Positions 12,761 through 26,044 of a DNA stretch of 64,000 nt are shown one piece after another. Position 1 is the first letter of the stretch. Each line of letters opens with the position of its first letter. A model generated the notes under the pieces. That model saw only the letters and a list, made by a program, of their open reading frames with translations. It was not told the DNA's origin and ran no database searches. Origin of the DNA: Eledone cirrhosa (lineage: Eukaryota); contig OZ024746.1 of assembly GCA_964016885.1 (NCBI GenBank), forward strand, positions 68,138,001-68,202,000. Reading direction: 5' to 3'. A program made the position numbers and the translations under genes.

Positions 12761-15023
12761 AAATACAATAATAATAACCAAGGAGTGATAATGTGAAGAT
12801 AAATGTCATTGACTTATTAATGTTGTCAAATGAAGTGTAAAATCTTAATTTCAGTTTGAATAATCTATTTAAAATTCTGAGTTGAATTTGTATAGTTATT
12901 AAATGCTAATTGCTTCATAGTATTACCTTTATCATATATTAAAATGAAACTTCCAAACCAGATAAGTTGTCTTTCATTCATCGATTTCACATTATATAAT
13001 GAGGCAAGGCATGTGTGTATTGTGAAAATCAGTACTTGTGTATCAAATTCCAGTATGTCACCAGTACTAATTCAATTAATTCCCCCTCCTCCAAAACTTT
13101 GTAGCCTTCTACTTATGTTAGAAACAATGTTCAGGAGAGTTGGGATTTTCCAATCTCTCTAAGAAGGCAGTAATTTATATTCTAAAATTTGACTTGGATT
13201 GTAACGAAATATAGAGCTCATGTCAGCATGGAAAGGAAATGGAAGAAGATGAAGGGGGAGAAAGAGGAAGAGAAAGAGGAGGAAAAAAGGATGGGGGTGA
13301 TGATGGTGATGATGAGGAGGAGGAGATTAAATGAGATACTTTATGTATTTTAAATGTTTGAAGTAACTGACATTAAGAATTTACTAAGATGTAAAATATC
13401 CCTTCACCATTTTGTAACAACTTAGTCTGATTAATGGTACATTTTTGTCAATATCCACCCACAAACACGACAAAGAACAAGAGAACATTTAGGATTCTAC
13501 TTTATAGTACTTCAAGATTATCAGAGATTAACTTTCAGATAAAACACAACAGGAAATTGTAATTTAGTTTCTGTCTTTAGGACAAAACAATCCACAAGCC
13601 AAATGCCAAATATTTCCGATATACCATCTTTCAACATTACTATAGACTGATATATTTGGACTAGTGTCCTCATCTTGTTTGATATTATCACAATATTTTG
13701 GCCATTTTATCCTCTGTTTTACAGTAATGTACTTGGAACTTCAAACTAAAACACTTCATTGAAACCACAACAATACATTGTTCTCTTTTCATTGTTCATA
13801 CTCACAAGACAATATAATTATTGAATAAGTGTTGCAGGTGGTTGCTTTCCAGCTAGTCATGAGTTCAATTCCTGGGTTAGTGTTGTTATATATACTCTTG
13901 TTTAAATGAGAGAAGGTATGTAGTTTAGTGTTTAGAGTTTTGGGTTCACAATCATGAGGGTGAGTCCAATTCCAGGACTGAGGAGTGTATTGTGTTGTTC
14001 ACATTATTTCACATTGCTCCTGGTCACTCAGCTGGAGAAATGAATTGCAACAGCACTGATGCTAAATTGTATCAGCCTTTGCTTCTACTTTGGACAACAT
14101 TGGTAGCATAGTGAAGAGAGACCTGTATGCATGGGCGACTGTTTATTTTCCACATAAGCACCTTGCCCAGGCTTGTGCCCCGGAAGAGAACTTTCTAGAT
14201 GTAAAACCCATGGTCAATCACGACTAAAGGGAGTCTTTATTCTTTACCATTTACCTTATTAAAATAAAACAAGCAAGCAACATCACAAGGAACTAATTAA
14301 TTAATATGAGTGTATCTTGGGTATAGACAATGGAATGAGAACAGCCTAATCCTGGGATCGGAATAAAGGGATCAGTCTAAAATTCTGAGAGCCTTATTAA
14401 ACAACAGGTACCTAAAGAAGGTCAGAGAGTACAATAGTTGTAATGTTGTAATTATAACAACCAAGACAAGGACACTAGTCAGAATAAATTGGTTTATTAT
14501 AATGGTTTCTGATTTAGGCAAGAGGCCACCAATTTTGGGGGAGGGGAAGTTGATTAAATCGACCCCAGTACATTACTGGTTCCTTATTTTATCTATCACT
14601 TAAAGATGAAAGGCAAAGCTAATCTTGGCAGGATTTGTACTCATACTATAAAGGGCTGTAACTCTATGCTGAAAAGTTATAGTGTCCGATGCTCTATCGA
14701 TACTCCCAATCCAATGCCCTAAATTGGTTTATAATAATTGTTTCTACTTTAGGCACAAGGCCAGCAATTACCCAGTGCATTACTGGTACTTTATTTTATC
14801 GACCCCGTAAGGATGAAAGGCAAAGTCAACCTCGGCGGGATTTGAACTCAGATCATAAAGGGACGTAACTATGCTGGGAAGCATGGCGTCCGACCCTCTA
14901 CTGATACTGCATTAAATTGGTTTATAATAATGATAATTCCTCATTTAAGAAATTCAGACAAAAATCTTCCAACAAAATTTTCTGCCGAACTTTGTCAAAA
15001 GCTTTTAGTAAAATCTAGATATA

Positions 15024-15221
15024 TGAGGATCAGCTGAAAATTTCATAAGCTGACTATGAAGGATTGATGCTAGAGCTGTGAAATCTCGCATGCATTAATT
15101 TTAACTCTTCTTATTAATAACTGTATTGTTTCTTTCTAGAGACTATGTTGAAAAATAAACTTCATTTGGTCATTCCATGAGAGTATGTTGGTCAGCCTAT
15201 GAACTTTTCAGCCAAATCTCA
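15024..15221 (-). mobile_element. Tc1/mariner-type MITE
   Basis: TA-flanked, ~30-bp TIRs (tgagga..gctgaaaa.ttcata.gctgac / gtcagcctatgaacttttcagcc...ctca); reverse-orientation relative of 33034-33227. Confidence 0.75.
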
Positions 15222-15769
15222 TATACAGTAAAATTTTATTAAGATAATAAAATGTTTTGCAACTGATAATTGATATTAATTTTCAGGGTTGATAAAATAA
15301 AGTACCAGTCAAGTATTGAGGGTCAATTTCATGGACTATATCCTTCTCTCAATATTATAGCTTTCTATTAACCTTAGAAATCAATATTACTAAAGTAGTT
15401 CAGTCAAGCAGTTTCATTCATTCCTTCTGTACGTAAAGTGTGCTGCATATTATTGAAAAGGTTCCTATGAGAAAATTGTGTATTATCCTCTTCAATATAT
15501 GTTATAGATGTACTTATGTGTGTTCTCTAGCTACCTTTCTCCATTGTTGTAATGATTGATTATTTCAGCAGTTTACCATGTCTTACAGCATCTAAATAAC
15601 ATCAAGGGGGTTATTTCAGACCTGAACATTCATGGTTATAGATAGAGAGATGGTGGGAATTCATGTAGTTCTGAAGTTATGTTTGCCTCAAAACACCTTC
15701 TTTAATCAGCCTCACATTGTATATTTAATGGAAGTAATATCTCTAACTGTACATAGCATAATCTTTATA

Positions 15770-16033
15770 TGATGTATATATACATATATATATACATGTA
15801 TATACATACATATTTATATATATATATATATACATGTATATACATATATATATATATAAATATATACATATATATACATACATATATATATATATATAAA
15901 TATATACATATATATACATACATATATATATAAATATATACATATATATACATACATATATATACATATATATACATATATATACATACATATATATACA
16001 TATATATACAAATATATACATACATATATATAC

Positions 16034-16073
<40 letters not shown>

Positions 16074-16085
16074 ATATATACATAC

Positions 16086-16158
<73 letters not shown>

Positions 16159-16193
16159 CATATATATACATACATATATATACATATATATAC

Positions 16194-16233
<40 letters not shown>

Positions 16234-16327
16234 ACATACATATATATACGTACATATATATACATATATATACATACATATATATATATACATACATATA
16301 TATACATATATATATACATACATATAT
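15770..16327. repeat. Compound (TA)n/(TACA)n microsatellite
   Basis: Directly visible. Similar tracts at 18112-18297, 20554-21148, 21296-21460, 22703-22992 and 24637-25480. Confidence 0.95.
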
Positions 16328-16519
16328 GGTGGCTGCCAACTCGTTTTCGAGTATGACCACTACTTTATATCCATGTAGGAGATCCCCTACCGATGCGCTT
16401 AACGAGTGTGACTTTTTAGTCCAGCCAGCGACTTGAAAACTCTGGTACAAACACTACGCCTGTGACAATTATTGACACATAGTGCTGGGCCCATGGTACC
16501 ATGTGATGACAAGTGCAGA
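16328..16519 (+). mobile_element. 5'-terminal fragment of putative RTE 5' UTR
   Basis: Same first nucleotides as the copies at 1971 and 21463; stops at aagtgcaga and runs into (TA)n. Confidence 0.7.
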
Positions 16520-16585
16520 TATATACGTACATATATATACATATATATACATATATATACATATACATACATATACATACATATA

Positions 16586-16913
16586 TCATCATTTCATTTT
16601 ACGTCCGCTTTTCCCTGCTTGCAAGGGTGGGACGGGAACTGATTCTGGCTTGATTTCTACAGCTGGATGCCTTTCCTAACACCAACCTCATTTACAGTGG
16701 GTGCTTTTTTTGCCGTGGCACCTCCACGACCACTTTGCAGTGGAATGATAGGGACCCCAGTCCCTATCATCTCATTTCTACAGCTGAGTAAACTGAAGCA
16801 ATGTGAAATAAAGTCTCTTGCTCAAGGAAACAACACATCACCCGGTCTGAGAATTGAACTCACAACCTTTCGATTGCAAGGCCAATGCTCTAACCACTAA
16901 GCCATGTGCCTCC
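16586..16913 (-). mobile_element. tRNA-derived SINE, family A
   Basis: Full-length copy, head ggaggcacatggcttagtgg on the minus strand. Confidence 0.85.
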
Positions 16914-16983
16914 ATATATACATACATATATATATATATATATACATATATACATATATATATACATATATATATACATATAT

Positions 16984-18111
16984 AAATGCAAAGTTTGGGT
17001 GCATAAAAGATGTAGTGGGATCACAGGTAAGCTAACTAAGAACATAGATTTTACATGTGGCCGGTGTTCTGGGGCAATAAGTAGCAGCAAGTGCCCACGG
17101 AATACTAACTCTTTCAACTGCGCAGAGGGTTCTATAGAAATAGTGGACAGCTTCCGTTACCTGGGTGACAAAATCAGCAGTGGGGGAGGGTGCTCTGAAA
17201 GTACAGTAGCTAGAGTCAGAACTGGGTGGAAAAAGTTCAGAGAGCTTATACCACTATTAGCCGCTAAAGGGTTCTCCCTAAAAATGAAAGGCAGGCTGTA
17301 CGATGCCTGCATACGAACAGCAATGTTGCATGGCAGTGAGACCTGGGCATTGTGTGCAGAGGATATACGCAGACTAGAGAGAAACGAAGCTTGCATGCTC
17401 CGCTGGATGTGTAATAGTAATATACGTGAACGACAAAGCATAAACGAACTAAGGAAAAAATTAGAAATAAGAGGGATCAGATGTTGTTTACTAGAGAGAA
17501 GGCTACGTTGGTATGGTCACGTGATGCGCATGAAGGACGATAGCTGTATAACAAAGTGCAGGGCAATAAAGATAGACGGTAGCCACGGAATAGGCAGACC
17601 CAGAAAAACCTGGGACGAGCTGATAAACTCCGACCTCACACACTTACACCTCACCAAGACAATGTCACTGGACCGAGACCTTTGGCGGTATTCAGTAATA
17701 GAGAAGACCCGCCTTACCTAAATACAAAGTAAAACCTACTACAGTCAGTAGGCATCTCTAACAAAATACACCCCCGTCCCACCACCCCCACCCCATCCAC
17801 ACCGCCCCCTTCTATGTAAAGTTATGTTGGTGCCACACCATCCAGGCCGAAACAAATGAGATCGTGTAGGTATCACGACAAAAAAAAACACAGTCCACGC
17901 TGTAATGTGGCCGTGTAGGCAACACAGTAAAAACCTCCCAGCCCCACACTGTAAATGTGGTTGGTGTTAGGAAGGGCATCCAACTGTAGAAAACATGCCA
18001 GACAGTCCTATGCGAGCAAGACAAACACTCTTGCCTCAAGTGGGAAAACCCCCGTCCAAACCCATGCAAGCGTGGAACACGGACGTTAAACGTTGATGAT
18101 GATGATGATGA
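16984..18111 (+). mobile_element. 5'-truncated RTE-clade LINE: open C-terminal ORF (16984-17721) plus 3' UTR and (GAT)n tail
   Basis: KCKVWVHKRCSG...FRYLGD...MLHGSETW...RRLRWYGHVMR...GRPRKTW are typical RTE RT C-terminal motifs. Confidence 0.92.
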
Positions 18112-18297
18112 TATACATATATAATATACATACATATATATATATACATATATATATGTACATATATATATATACATATATAATATACATATATATAAAT
18201 ATATATACATATATATATATATACATATATATACATATGTATATACATATATATACATACATATATATACATATATATATATACATATATATATATA

Positions 18298-20552
18298 GTT
18301 CAAGCATGTTCTACAACGTGAGGACTAAAAACGTGAGGTGTTCAGGATTGCTAGGCAATGTGTCAAGGAAAACCGTGATATTGTCAGGGAGAAGTGTGTC
18401 CTTAATGATGATGGTGTACTTGCCATCACTGATGCTGATAAGAAGGTAGCTTGGAAGTGTCACTATGAAAGGCAACTAAATGAGGAGAATAAATGAAAGA
18501 AAGACAGTCTCCCCCACATCGATCCAATAGAGGGACCAGCAGTGTTAGTCGAAGGTAGTATAATAAGTAAGGCAATCAAAGATATGAAGATGGGTAAGGT
18601 GGCTGGGCCTTCGGAAATAGTTGCTGAAATGCTGAAAGCTTCTGGAACGGTGGGACACACCATGGTCACCCGGATAGTAAACCAAGTCGTACAGAATGGG
18701 GTTGTTCCGAAGGACTGGCGTAGCAGCATCATCGTTAACTGTTACAAGGGTAATGGAGATGCCCTAGATAGGAGTAACTATAGAGGCATTAAATTAATCG
18801 ACCAGGTCATGAAGGTCACGGAAAAAGTAATAGCGCAACTAATCAGAGAGAGAATTGATCTAGATGAAATGTAGTTTGGGTTTGTGTCAGGCAAATGTAT
18901 CACAGACGCTCTTTTCATTGTACGACAACAACAGGAGAAGTACCTAGCTAAAAGTAAACCCCTATACTTAGCTTTTGTCGACTTGGAGAAAGCCTTTGAC
19001 AGAGTCCTCAGTTCCATTATCTGGTGGGCTCTTAGAAAACTAGGTGTTGATGAATGGCTAGTGAGAGCTATACAAGCCATGTATAAAGAAACAGTCAGCA
19101 AGGTTAGAATTAACAACGAATAGAGTGAAGAGTTTAGCGTAAAAGTTGGTGTTCATCAGAGCTCATTCTTAGCCACCTACTATTTATTATTGCCCTTCAG
19201 GCTATAACAGAGTAGTTCAAGACCGGCTGCCCATGGGAACTCCTATACGTAGATGATCTAACGCTCATAGCTGAATCAATGGCTGAACTAGAGAAGAAAT
19301 TCCAAACATGGAAGCACGGCCTAGAATCAAAAGGCCTTAAAATTAACCTGTCTAAGACTAAAGTTCTAGTTTGTAGGAAGGAAAATAGGGCACCGGTCCC
19401 ATCCGGGAAATGGCCATGCTCAGTGTGTAGGAAAGGAGTAGGCAGAAACTCCATTTTATGTCCCAAATGCAAAGTATGGGTGCATAAAAGATGTAGTGGG
19501 ATCACAGGTAAGCTACTAAGAATATAGATTTTATATGTGGCTGGTGCTCTGGTGCAGTAAGTAGCAGCAAGTGCCCACGGAATACTAGCTCATTCCATTT
19601 CACAGATGGTTCTATAGAAATAGTGGACACCTTCCGTTACCTGAGTGACAAAATCAGCAGTGGGGGAGGGTGCTCTGAAAGTACAGTAGCTAGAGTCAGA
19701 ACGGAATGGAAAAAGTTCAGAGAGCTTATACCACTATTGGCCGCTAAAGGGTTCTCTTTAAAAATGAAAGGCAGGCTGTATGAGGCCTGCATACAAACAG
19801 CAATGTTACATGGCAGTGAGACCTGGGCATTGTGTGCAGAGGATATATGCAGACTAGAGAGGAACGAAGCTTGCATGCTCCGCTGGATGTGTAATAGTAA
19901 TATACGTGAACGGCAAAGCATAAACGAACTAAGGGAAAAATTAGAAATAAGAGGGATCAGATGTTGTTTACTCGAGAGAAGACTACGTTGGAACGGTCAT
20001 GTGATGCACATGAAAGACGACAGCTGTATAAAAAAGTGCAGGGCAATAAAAATAGACGGTAACCACGGAGTAGGCAGACCGAGAAATACCAGGGACGACT
20101 TGATAAATTCCGACTTGACACACTTACACCTCTCCAAGACAATGTCACAGGACCGAGATCTTTGGCGCTACACAGTAATACAGAAGACCCGCCTTACCTA
20201 AGTACAAAGTGAAACCTACTACAGTCAGTAGGCACCTCTAACAAAAATACCACCCCTTTCAATGAAAAGTTATGTTGGTACCACAACATCCAGGCCGAAA
20301 TAAATGAGGTCGTGTAGGTGTCACGACAAAAAAAATACACAGTCCACGCTGTAATATGGCCGTGTATGTAACACGGTAAAAACCTTCCAGTCCACACTGT
20401 AAACGTGGTTGGTGTTAGGAATGGCATCCAGCCGTAGAAAACCAGCCAGACAGTCCTATGCGAGCAAGACAACCACTCTTGCCTCAAGTGGGAAAACTCC
20501 CGTCCAAACCCATGCAAGCGTGGAATATGGATGTTAAACGATGATGATGATG

Positions 20553-20553
<1 letters not shown>
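18298..20553 (+). pseudogene. 5'-truncated RTE-clade LINE reverse transcriptase with stops and frameshifts; ORF ends 20201, then 3' UTR and (GAT)n
   Basis: YKGNGDALDRSNYRGIKLI, FGF..GK..TDALF, AFVDLEKAFDRV, GVHQ, LLYVDDL, FRYL, HGSETW motifs; in-frame stops (e.g. 18872-74, 19121-23). Confidence 0.93.
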
Positions 20554-20629
<76 letters not shown>

Positions 20630-20771
20630 CATATGTATACATATATATACATATATATACATATATATACATATATATACATATATACATATATATATAC
20701 ATATATATACATATATATACATATATATACACATATATATACATATGTATGTATATGTATATGTATATATG

Positions 20772-20831
<60 letters not shown>

Positions 20832-20912
20832 TACACATATATATACATACATATATATATATACATATATATACATATGTATATACATACATATATATAT
20901 ATATATATATAC

Positions 20913-20997
<85 letters not shown>

Positions 20998-21078
20998 TAT
21001 ACATACATATATATACATATATATATACATATATATACATACATATATATACATATATATATACATATATATACATAC

Positions 21079-21123
<45 letters not shown>

Positions 21124-21299
21124 CATATGTATACATACATATATATATAACGAAGGAAATGTGGTAAGGAACCAGATGGACCATAACGCCCCAAAGTACT
21201 CAATACTTAGGGTAGTAGAGTGGGTAAGAGGAACGAGTAGGACCCCAACGGCTGAGCTCAAGCCCTTTCGACGGCTAATTCTGGACTCAGTCCATATAC

Positions 21300-21350
<51 letters not shown>

Positions 21351-21399
21351 CATACATATATATATACATATATATATATATATTTATACATATATATAC

Positions 21400-21434
<35 letters not shown>

Positions 21435-21462
21435 CATATACATATGTATAGATATATATATG

Positions 21463-22062
21463 GTGGCTGCCAACTCGTTTTCGAGTACGGCCACTACCTT
21501 ATATCCATGTAGGAGGACCCCTACCTATGCGCTAAACAAGTGTGACTTTTTAGTCCAGCCAGTGACTTGAAAACTCTGGTACAAACACTACACCTGTGAC
21601 AATTATTGACACATAGTGCTGGGCCCATGGCACCATGTGACGACAAGTGCAGAGAGATCTCCAGATATAAAGCAATGCCTGTGCCGTGAAGCTTTTATAG
21701 TGAGCAAAGGCACTGCACAAAGCCAGTCCCACTCTCTTAACCAAGATGATATTTACCAAAAAGAAGAACAATATGTCGGGTCACCAGTTGGTGCTACTGG
21801 TAACATGTATCCCAGTTCAACCTGTCCCATGGTCGTGTCGTTGGCGACTAAACTGGCAACCCCACCAAGGTTTCTTGGTGAGGAGGGTGACTTTTGACAT
21901 CCTGCAGGACTAAAAAGAAAACCTGTCAAAGGGCAAAGGAGCTCTTAAGAGTCAATGGCCATCCAAAATCACCGGGAGAGATGACCCCTTAGACTTTGTC
22001 AAGGCAGAATTCTAGGAGAAGGAAAACTCTGATATAACACCTGCAACCCTGATGGTATCTAA
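21463..22062 (+). mobile_element. Longest copy of the putative RTE LINE 5' UTR
   Basis: Extends the 1971/16328 fragments through ..actaaactggcaacccc..gaggagggtga..ggagaaggaaaactctg. Older relatives at ~29100-29290(-), 38000-38440(+), 44065-44230(-). No ORF is attached here, so the RTE link is inference. Confidence 0.6.
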
Positions 22063-22189
22063 CATATATATATACATATATATATACATATATATACATA
22101 TATATATATATACATATATATACATATATATACATATATATATACATATATATACATATATATATACATATATATATATACATATATAA

Positions 22190-22420
22190 AAACACACAGT
22201 CCACGCTGTAATGTGGCCGTGTAGGCAACACGGTAAAAACCTCCCAGACCCACACTGTAAATGTGGTTGGTGTTAGGAAGGGCATCCAACTGTAGAAAAC
22301 CTGCCAGACAGTCCTATGCGAGCAAGACAATCACTCTTGCCTCAAGTGGGACTACCCCCGTCCAAACCCATGCAAGCGTGGAACACGGACGTTAAACGTT
22401 GATGATGATGATGATGATGA
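22190..22420 (+). mobile_element. RTE LINE 3' UTR fragment
   Basis: Near-identical to 17885-18110. Confidence 0.85.
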
Positions 22421-22713
22421 TACATATATATATATATACATATATATATACATATCACTATAAACTAACGGAGGCATAGACCATTTCTTTCAACAAATTT
22501 TCTGGTGAAACATATCTTTGGATTTGTACGTGTGTTATATAGTTATAAAGCTATTTATTTACGCTTTAATTTATATTTTTAATTATCGTGTCTATAGTCT
22601 GCCTTTCATAGGTTATAGATTCCATACACTGGTGGTTTTTTCCCTGTATTATTGATAACGCACTATATATCTCTCTCTGGTGTGTTACCTTCTCAACATA
22701 TTATATATATACA

Positions 22714-22841
<128 letters not shown>

Positions 22842-23218
22842 CATATATATATATACATATATATATACATATATATATATATACATATATATATATACAT
22901 ATATATATACATATATATATACATATATATATACATATATATATACATACATATATATATACATATATATATACATATATATATATATACATATTTCGTT
23001 TCTGAATTTGTTTAGCAAGATTCTTTATCTGAAATCGTGTGTTGAAACCGATATTGTTATACTTTGGGAGGGTCATGTTGCCAATAAGAAACACACGCAC
23101 CAGTTGCTTTCACTTCAATTTATTATATATTTATAAATTTACAAATTTACAAATTTACAAACTTATAAATTTCTGGTTGGTTGGTTGGTTCCACAACCAG
23201 ATAGTTGTTTATATATAT

Positions 23219-23263
23219 AGTCATAGTCCTTTCGTCACACACTCTGTGACCTCTTCAGTGACT
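23219..23263 (-). ncRNA. Minimal type I hammerhead ribozyme (mirror of 24432-24476)
   Basis: Exact reverse complement of 24432-24476. Confidence 0.75.
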
Positions 23264-23570
23264 GGGGATTCCTTTCTTCGTTTCTGTGCCTTTCCTTTCT
23301 TCTATCCTACGCCATTTTGTTTCTGTGTGTGTGTTGTGTGCTCAGTTTGCGCATGCGCCACATCCGGGTGTCTGTGTGTGTTTGTGTTCATTTTTTTTAT
23401 TTTTCTATTTATATTTTCCTATTTGTTTATTTATTTATTTATTTATTGTTGGTTGGTTGTTTGTTCTATGTGTGTGTGTGTTTTCATTTTGTCCTGTGTG
23501 TGTTTTCATTTTGTGTGTGTTTTCAATTGTAAGTTGTTTGTTCTATGTGTGTCGTGTTTTCATTTTGTCC

Positions 23571-23880
23571 TTAATTGTAAGTTGTGATGTTGCTGTTCCA
23601 CTCATATTTTCTATTTAATTTTGGTTTTAATTCTTTTATGCTTACTGCCTCTGTAATTTGCCTAAACATTGCGTCTTTTCTGTGTGTGGATTCTATTTTT
23701 ATTTCTATGCTCTCTAATCTACCCCTGTGTTCTATCTTAGCATGTTGGTAGAGCACAGATGATTCTTTATTATCTTGGAGGTCTCGCCAGTGTTCATTTA
23801 TTCGTTCCCCTATACTACGAGCTGTCTCACCTATGTACACTATATTTTTGTTTCTACATTGTCCTTCAGTACATCTTATG
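23571..23880 (-). pseudogene. PLE GIY-YIG endonuclease C-terminal fragment (left arm)
   Basis: IRCTEGQCRNKNIVYIGETARSIGERINEH...RQITEAVSI...PKLNRKYEW*. Confidence 0.88.
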
Positions 23881-23888
23881 TACATACG

Positions 23889-24203
23889 TATAGCATAAGA
23901 TGTACTGAAGGACAATGTAGAAACAAAAATATAGTGTACATAGGTGAGACAGCTCGTAGTATAGGGGAACGAATAAATGAACACTGGCGAGACCTCCAAG
24001 ATAATAAAGAATCATCTGTGCTCTACCAACATGCTAAGATAGAACACAGGGGTAGATTAGAGAGCATAGAAATAAAAATAGAATCCACACACAGAAAAGA
24101 CGCAATGTTTAGGCAAATTACAGAGGCAGTAAGCATAAAAGAATTAAAACCAAAATTAAATAGAAAATATGAGTGGAACAGCAACATCACAACTTACAAT
24201 TAA
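23889..24203 (+). pseudogene. PLE GIY-YIG endonuclease C-terminal fragment (right arm)
   Basis: YSIRC....C......YIGET.R....R..EH...H....H...EA..I....P.LN pattern of PLE endonucleases; 5' truncated. Confidence 0.88.
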
Positions 24204-24431
24204 GGACAAAATGAAAACACACACACACATAGAACAAACAACCAACCAACCAACAATAAATAAATAAATAAATAAACAAATAGAAAAATATAAATAGAAA
24301 AATAAAAAAATGAACACAAACAGACACCCGGATGTGGCGCATGCGCAAACTGAGCACACGACACACACACAGAAACAAAATGGTGTAGGATAGAAGAAAG
24401 GAAAGGCACAGAAACGAAGAAAGGAATCCCC

Positions 24432-24476
24432 AGTCACTGAAGAGGTCACAGAGTGTGTGACGAAAGGACTATGACT
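24432..24476 (+). ncRNA. Minimal type I hammerhead ribozyme in the PLE pseudo-LTR
   Basis: agtca CTGAAGA g gtcaca-gagtg-tgtgac GAAA ggac TA tgact. Stem I agtca/tgact, 6-bp stem II, minimal stem III, predicted CUA cleavage after 24471. Confidence 0.75.
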
Positions 24477-24681
24477 ATATATATAAACAACTATCTGGTT
24501 GTGGAACCAGCCAGCCAACCAGAAATTTTATTAGTTTGTAAATTTGTAAATTTATAAATATATAATAAATTGAAGTGAAAGCAACTGGTGCGTGTGTTTC
24601 TTATTGGCAACATGACCCTCCCAAAGTATAACAATATATATACATATATATATACATATATATATACATATACATATATAT

Positions 24682-24741
<60 letters not shown>

Positions 24742-24777
24742 GTATACATATATATATATATATATATATATGTATAC

Positions 24778-24810
<33 letters not shown>

Positions 24811-24855
24811 CATATATATATATACATATATATATATATACATATATATATATAC

Positions 24856-24926
<71 letters not shown>

Positions 24927-25283
24927 TATATACATATATATATACATATATATATACATATATATATATACATATATATATATATACATATATATATACA
25001 TATATATATACATATATATATACACATATATATATACATATATATATACATATATATATACATATATATATATACATATATATATACATATATATATACA
25101 CATATATATATACATATATATATACATATATATATACATATATATATATACATATATATATACACATATATACACATATATATATACATATATATATATA
25201 CATATATATATATACATATATATATATACATATATATATATACATATATATATATATACATATATATATATACATATATATAC

Positions 25284-25316
<33 letters not shown>

Positions 25317-25380
25317 CATATATATATACATACATATATATATACATACATATATATATATATATATACATATATATATG

Positions 25381-25480
<100 letters not shown>

Positions 25481-26044
25481 CGGCATGTTAAAGGTACATT
25501 AATGAAGGTGTGACTTGCACACATGTATTCTAAAATCGAATCTGGCCGACTTTAGACTTGCAAATAAGAAGAACCAAGGCCGACCATAGAACCCTTGGAT
25601 TTGGTGTACTTCATATTTGTTTCAGTACTAAATACAACCAGGGGTCGCTGCTTCTCCTGAAGGTCAATAGTTCTCTTCTAAGTTGAGCAGGAGGGCCTTT
25701 CCATTGTTAATTTGCATTGATCATCTGCAAAGTCGCATTTTTCTCAGAACCATTACACCAGTCTTTTGATGCGTGCAGCTGGAACTACTGCCACCCATTG
25801 ATTTGGCAGGATCTCAGCTCATTTCTACAGCTGACTAAACTGGAGCAATATGAAATAAAGTGTCTTGCTCAAGGACACAATGCATCACCCAGTCCAAGAA
25901 TCGAATTCACAACCTTTCGATTGCAAACCGAATGCTCTAACCACTAAACCATGCACCTTCACCAGTATTTATAGTAGTTATATTGAATCCAATGGAATTA
26001 AAAAAAAAATTATTTCAATTTTAAAATGCATTTAAAAAAGAACA

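Larger units (their letters stand above)
23051..24637. mobile_element. Penelope-like element 3' end duplicated as a head-to-head palindrome (arms 23051-23880 and 23894-24637, 13-nt spacer)
   Basis: Mirror ORFs 23571..23999/23775..24203. Each arm reads outward as GIY-YIG, then 3' UTR, then hammerhead. Confidence 0.92.

Noticed and set aside
21241-21296. Minus-strand gccgtc-GAAA-gggc-TT-gagctc resembling the 3' half of a hammerhead
   Set aside because: No CUGANGA box or stem I partner before the sequence runs into (TA)n, so it cannot be supported.
21780-21860. HDV-like or twister ribozyme around ggcgac-taa-actgg
   Set aside because: Hairpins are present, but I could not assemble the nested pseudoknot or the twister core.
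23775-23888. N-terminal half of the 142-aa ORFs (MEVSPVFIYSFPY...)
   Set aside because: Antisense read of the opposite palindrome arm, not a true N-terminus.
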